Assembly: GCA_004022145.1 (NCBI GenBank)
Contig: RCNU01000011.1
DNA: 64,000 nucleotides
Source: Paecilomyces variotii
Taxonomy: Eukaryota
Reading direction: 5' to 3' (one strand)
Both the position numbers and the translations under genes were made by a program. Shown one piece after another: positions 62,949-64,000 of this stretch (position 1 is its first letter; the number at the start of each line of letters is the position of its first letter). Below the pieces are notes generated by a model, which saw only the letters and a program-made list of their open reading frames with translations, was not told the origin of the DNA and did no database searches.

Positions 62949-64000
62949 ATGGCTTCTTACAGGGGTGCTAGACATGACGAACATCCTCCCTCAGATGCAC
63001 CGCGCTTTCTCCGTCTTCATTTGGATCGCCCAAGGCTGGCGAGGAATCGCGAAGTGCAAGCCTGCGAACAATGTAGGTTAAGAAAGATAAGGTGTGACCA
63101 ATCAAAACCACATTGCGAAAGGTGTAAGGTCAATAGCCGACCCTGCGTCTATCGACCCAAAGCTGCCACGAAGGCACGACAAGTCGGGCTACCTGAAGGT
63201 CAGCCTTCGGGTACGAAGCCTTTCCATGACCACATACAACAATCAGATGGCGAACGAGAAGAAGGACAGACGATTCGACTCAACCAACACGGTCATCTCA
63301 AAGCTAACAATGGACTTCGACTCCGGTATTATTCCAGCTCTTCGTGGGTGGCATCTGTGGAAGAATCGGACGTCTCGATGCCGCTGGATGATCCCTTTGC
63401 CCTCTCCAGTCAAGGTCTTCTGGGTTTCAATAACCCATCTCTGGGGCTCTCAACTGGGGGTATCGATCGTTTTATCCAATCGAATGAGGTTGATCGACTC
63501 ATCTCGTGGTACTCTCAATACTGCCATTTCTGGTTTCCTCTCGTCGAGATCGCAGAAGTCATGACTAGTCTGCAGGACCTACGCCGTCATAAACGTTCTA
63601 CCCCTGGGGCAACAGCTATAATATCTGCTCTTTGCTATACAGCATCATGTTCTGCATCTGCCTCCAAAGATGTAGGGTCATCACTGAGTTCCATCCCGTC
63701 ATCATCATGGAGGAACGTGGCAAGTCAACTTCTATTTGACTCTGGCTATCCCAGTCGGCCTAACCTGAATACTATCAGAGCAGCATTTCTCCTTGCGGCG
63801 CCTAGTATGACAGAAGGAGCCTCACATCCTGACCCAGGCCCTGTTTGTGTCCTCGTGCGAGCTGCTCAGTCTCTCGGCCTGCACCGGGAGCCTATGTTGT
63901 TTCAGTTGTCTGCACATGAGGCGGATCTTAGCCGCATCCTCTGGTGGTCAATTCGTGTGTTAGATACAACCTATGCGGTGGCTCATGGTCTCCCACTGTT
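62949..64000 (+). CDS. Second Zn(II)2Cys6 transcription factor, truncated by the window end
   Basis: Not in the ORF track because there is no stop inside the window. Manual translation from ATG 62949 gives ACEQCRLRKIRCDQSKPHCERCKVNSRPC, later AAQSLGLHREP...SRILWWSIRVLDTTYAVAHGLP. Open to base 64000. Confidence 0.9.
   Translation, partial: MASYRGARHDEHPPSDAPRFLRLHLDRPRLARNREVQACEQCRLRKIRCDQSKPHCERCKVNSRPCVYRPKAATKARQVGLPEGQPSGTKPFHDHIQQSDGEREEGQTIRLNQHGHLKANNGLRLRYYSSSSWVASVEESDVSMPLDDPFALSSQGLLGFNNPSLGLSTGGIDRFIQSNEVDRLISWYSQYCHFWFPLVEIAEVMTSLQDLRRHKRSTPGATAIISALCYTASCSASASKDVGSSLSSIPSSSWRNVASQLLFDSGYPSRPNLNTIRAAFLLAAPSMTEGASHPDPGPVCVLVRAAQSLGLHREPMLFQLSAHEADLSRILWWSIRVLDTTYAVAHGLPL

Noticed and set aside
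63094-63564. 156-aa ORF in the track
   Set aside because: Alternative frame of the real Zn2Cys6 gene starting at 62949.
43000-64000. Annotating the cluster as a Starship or other mobile element feature
   Set aside because: No tyrosine-recombinase captain, transposase, terminal repeats or target-site duplication visible; kept only as a hypothesis.
1-64000. CRISPR arrays, rRNA genes, intact transposons
   Set aside because: No repeat-spacer arrays, rRNA-like sequence or transposase/RT ORFs seen.

Overview
Eukaryotic DNA from a filamentous ascomycete, most likely Eurotiales (Aspergillus/Penicillium/Paecilomyces-like), with short GT-AG introns. The window has two parts. (1) About 0.6-42.8 kb is a housekeeping block: TRAPPII subunit Trs120, a proteasome assembly chaperone 3-like gene, DEAH helicase Dhr1, Cwc21, an intron-containing tRNA-Tyr, a Pumilio/Puf3 protein, a small single-pass membrane protein with PxIxIT and LPPY motifs, Gpi13, Tsc2, Cse1 and a mitochondrial GGQ release-factor homologue. 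It includes a ~9.4 kb gene-poor gap carrying a decayed SDR pseudogene. (2) From ~43.6 kb to the window end is an accessory enzyme cluster with AT/TpA-rich spacers: a classical SDR, a truncated metallo-lactonase-like relic, an NmrA-like protein, a CocE/NonD hydrolase with an unusual N-terminal extension, a MalC/PhqE-like atypical SDR, an FAD-dependent aromatic hydroxylase, an ABM/Dabb protein, two Zn2Cys6 regulators, a LigB/DODA-type extradiol dioxygenase and an NAD(P)H aldehyde reductase. No PKS, NRPS or terpene backbone gene is in the window. The cluster promoters carry a perfect 20-bp CGG-rich palindrome, an exact 16-bp duplicated element and recurring CGG motifs. The best candidate for an undescribed system is a co-regulated aromatic/xenobiotic catabolic (hydrolyse, hydroxylate, meta-cleave) or tailoring cluster. 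All family calls come from motif recognition; no database searches were run.
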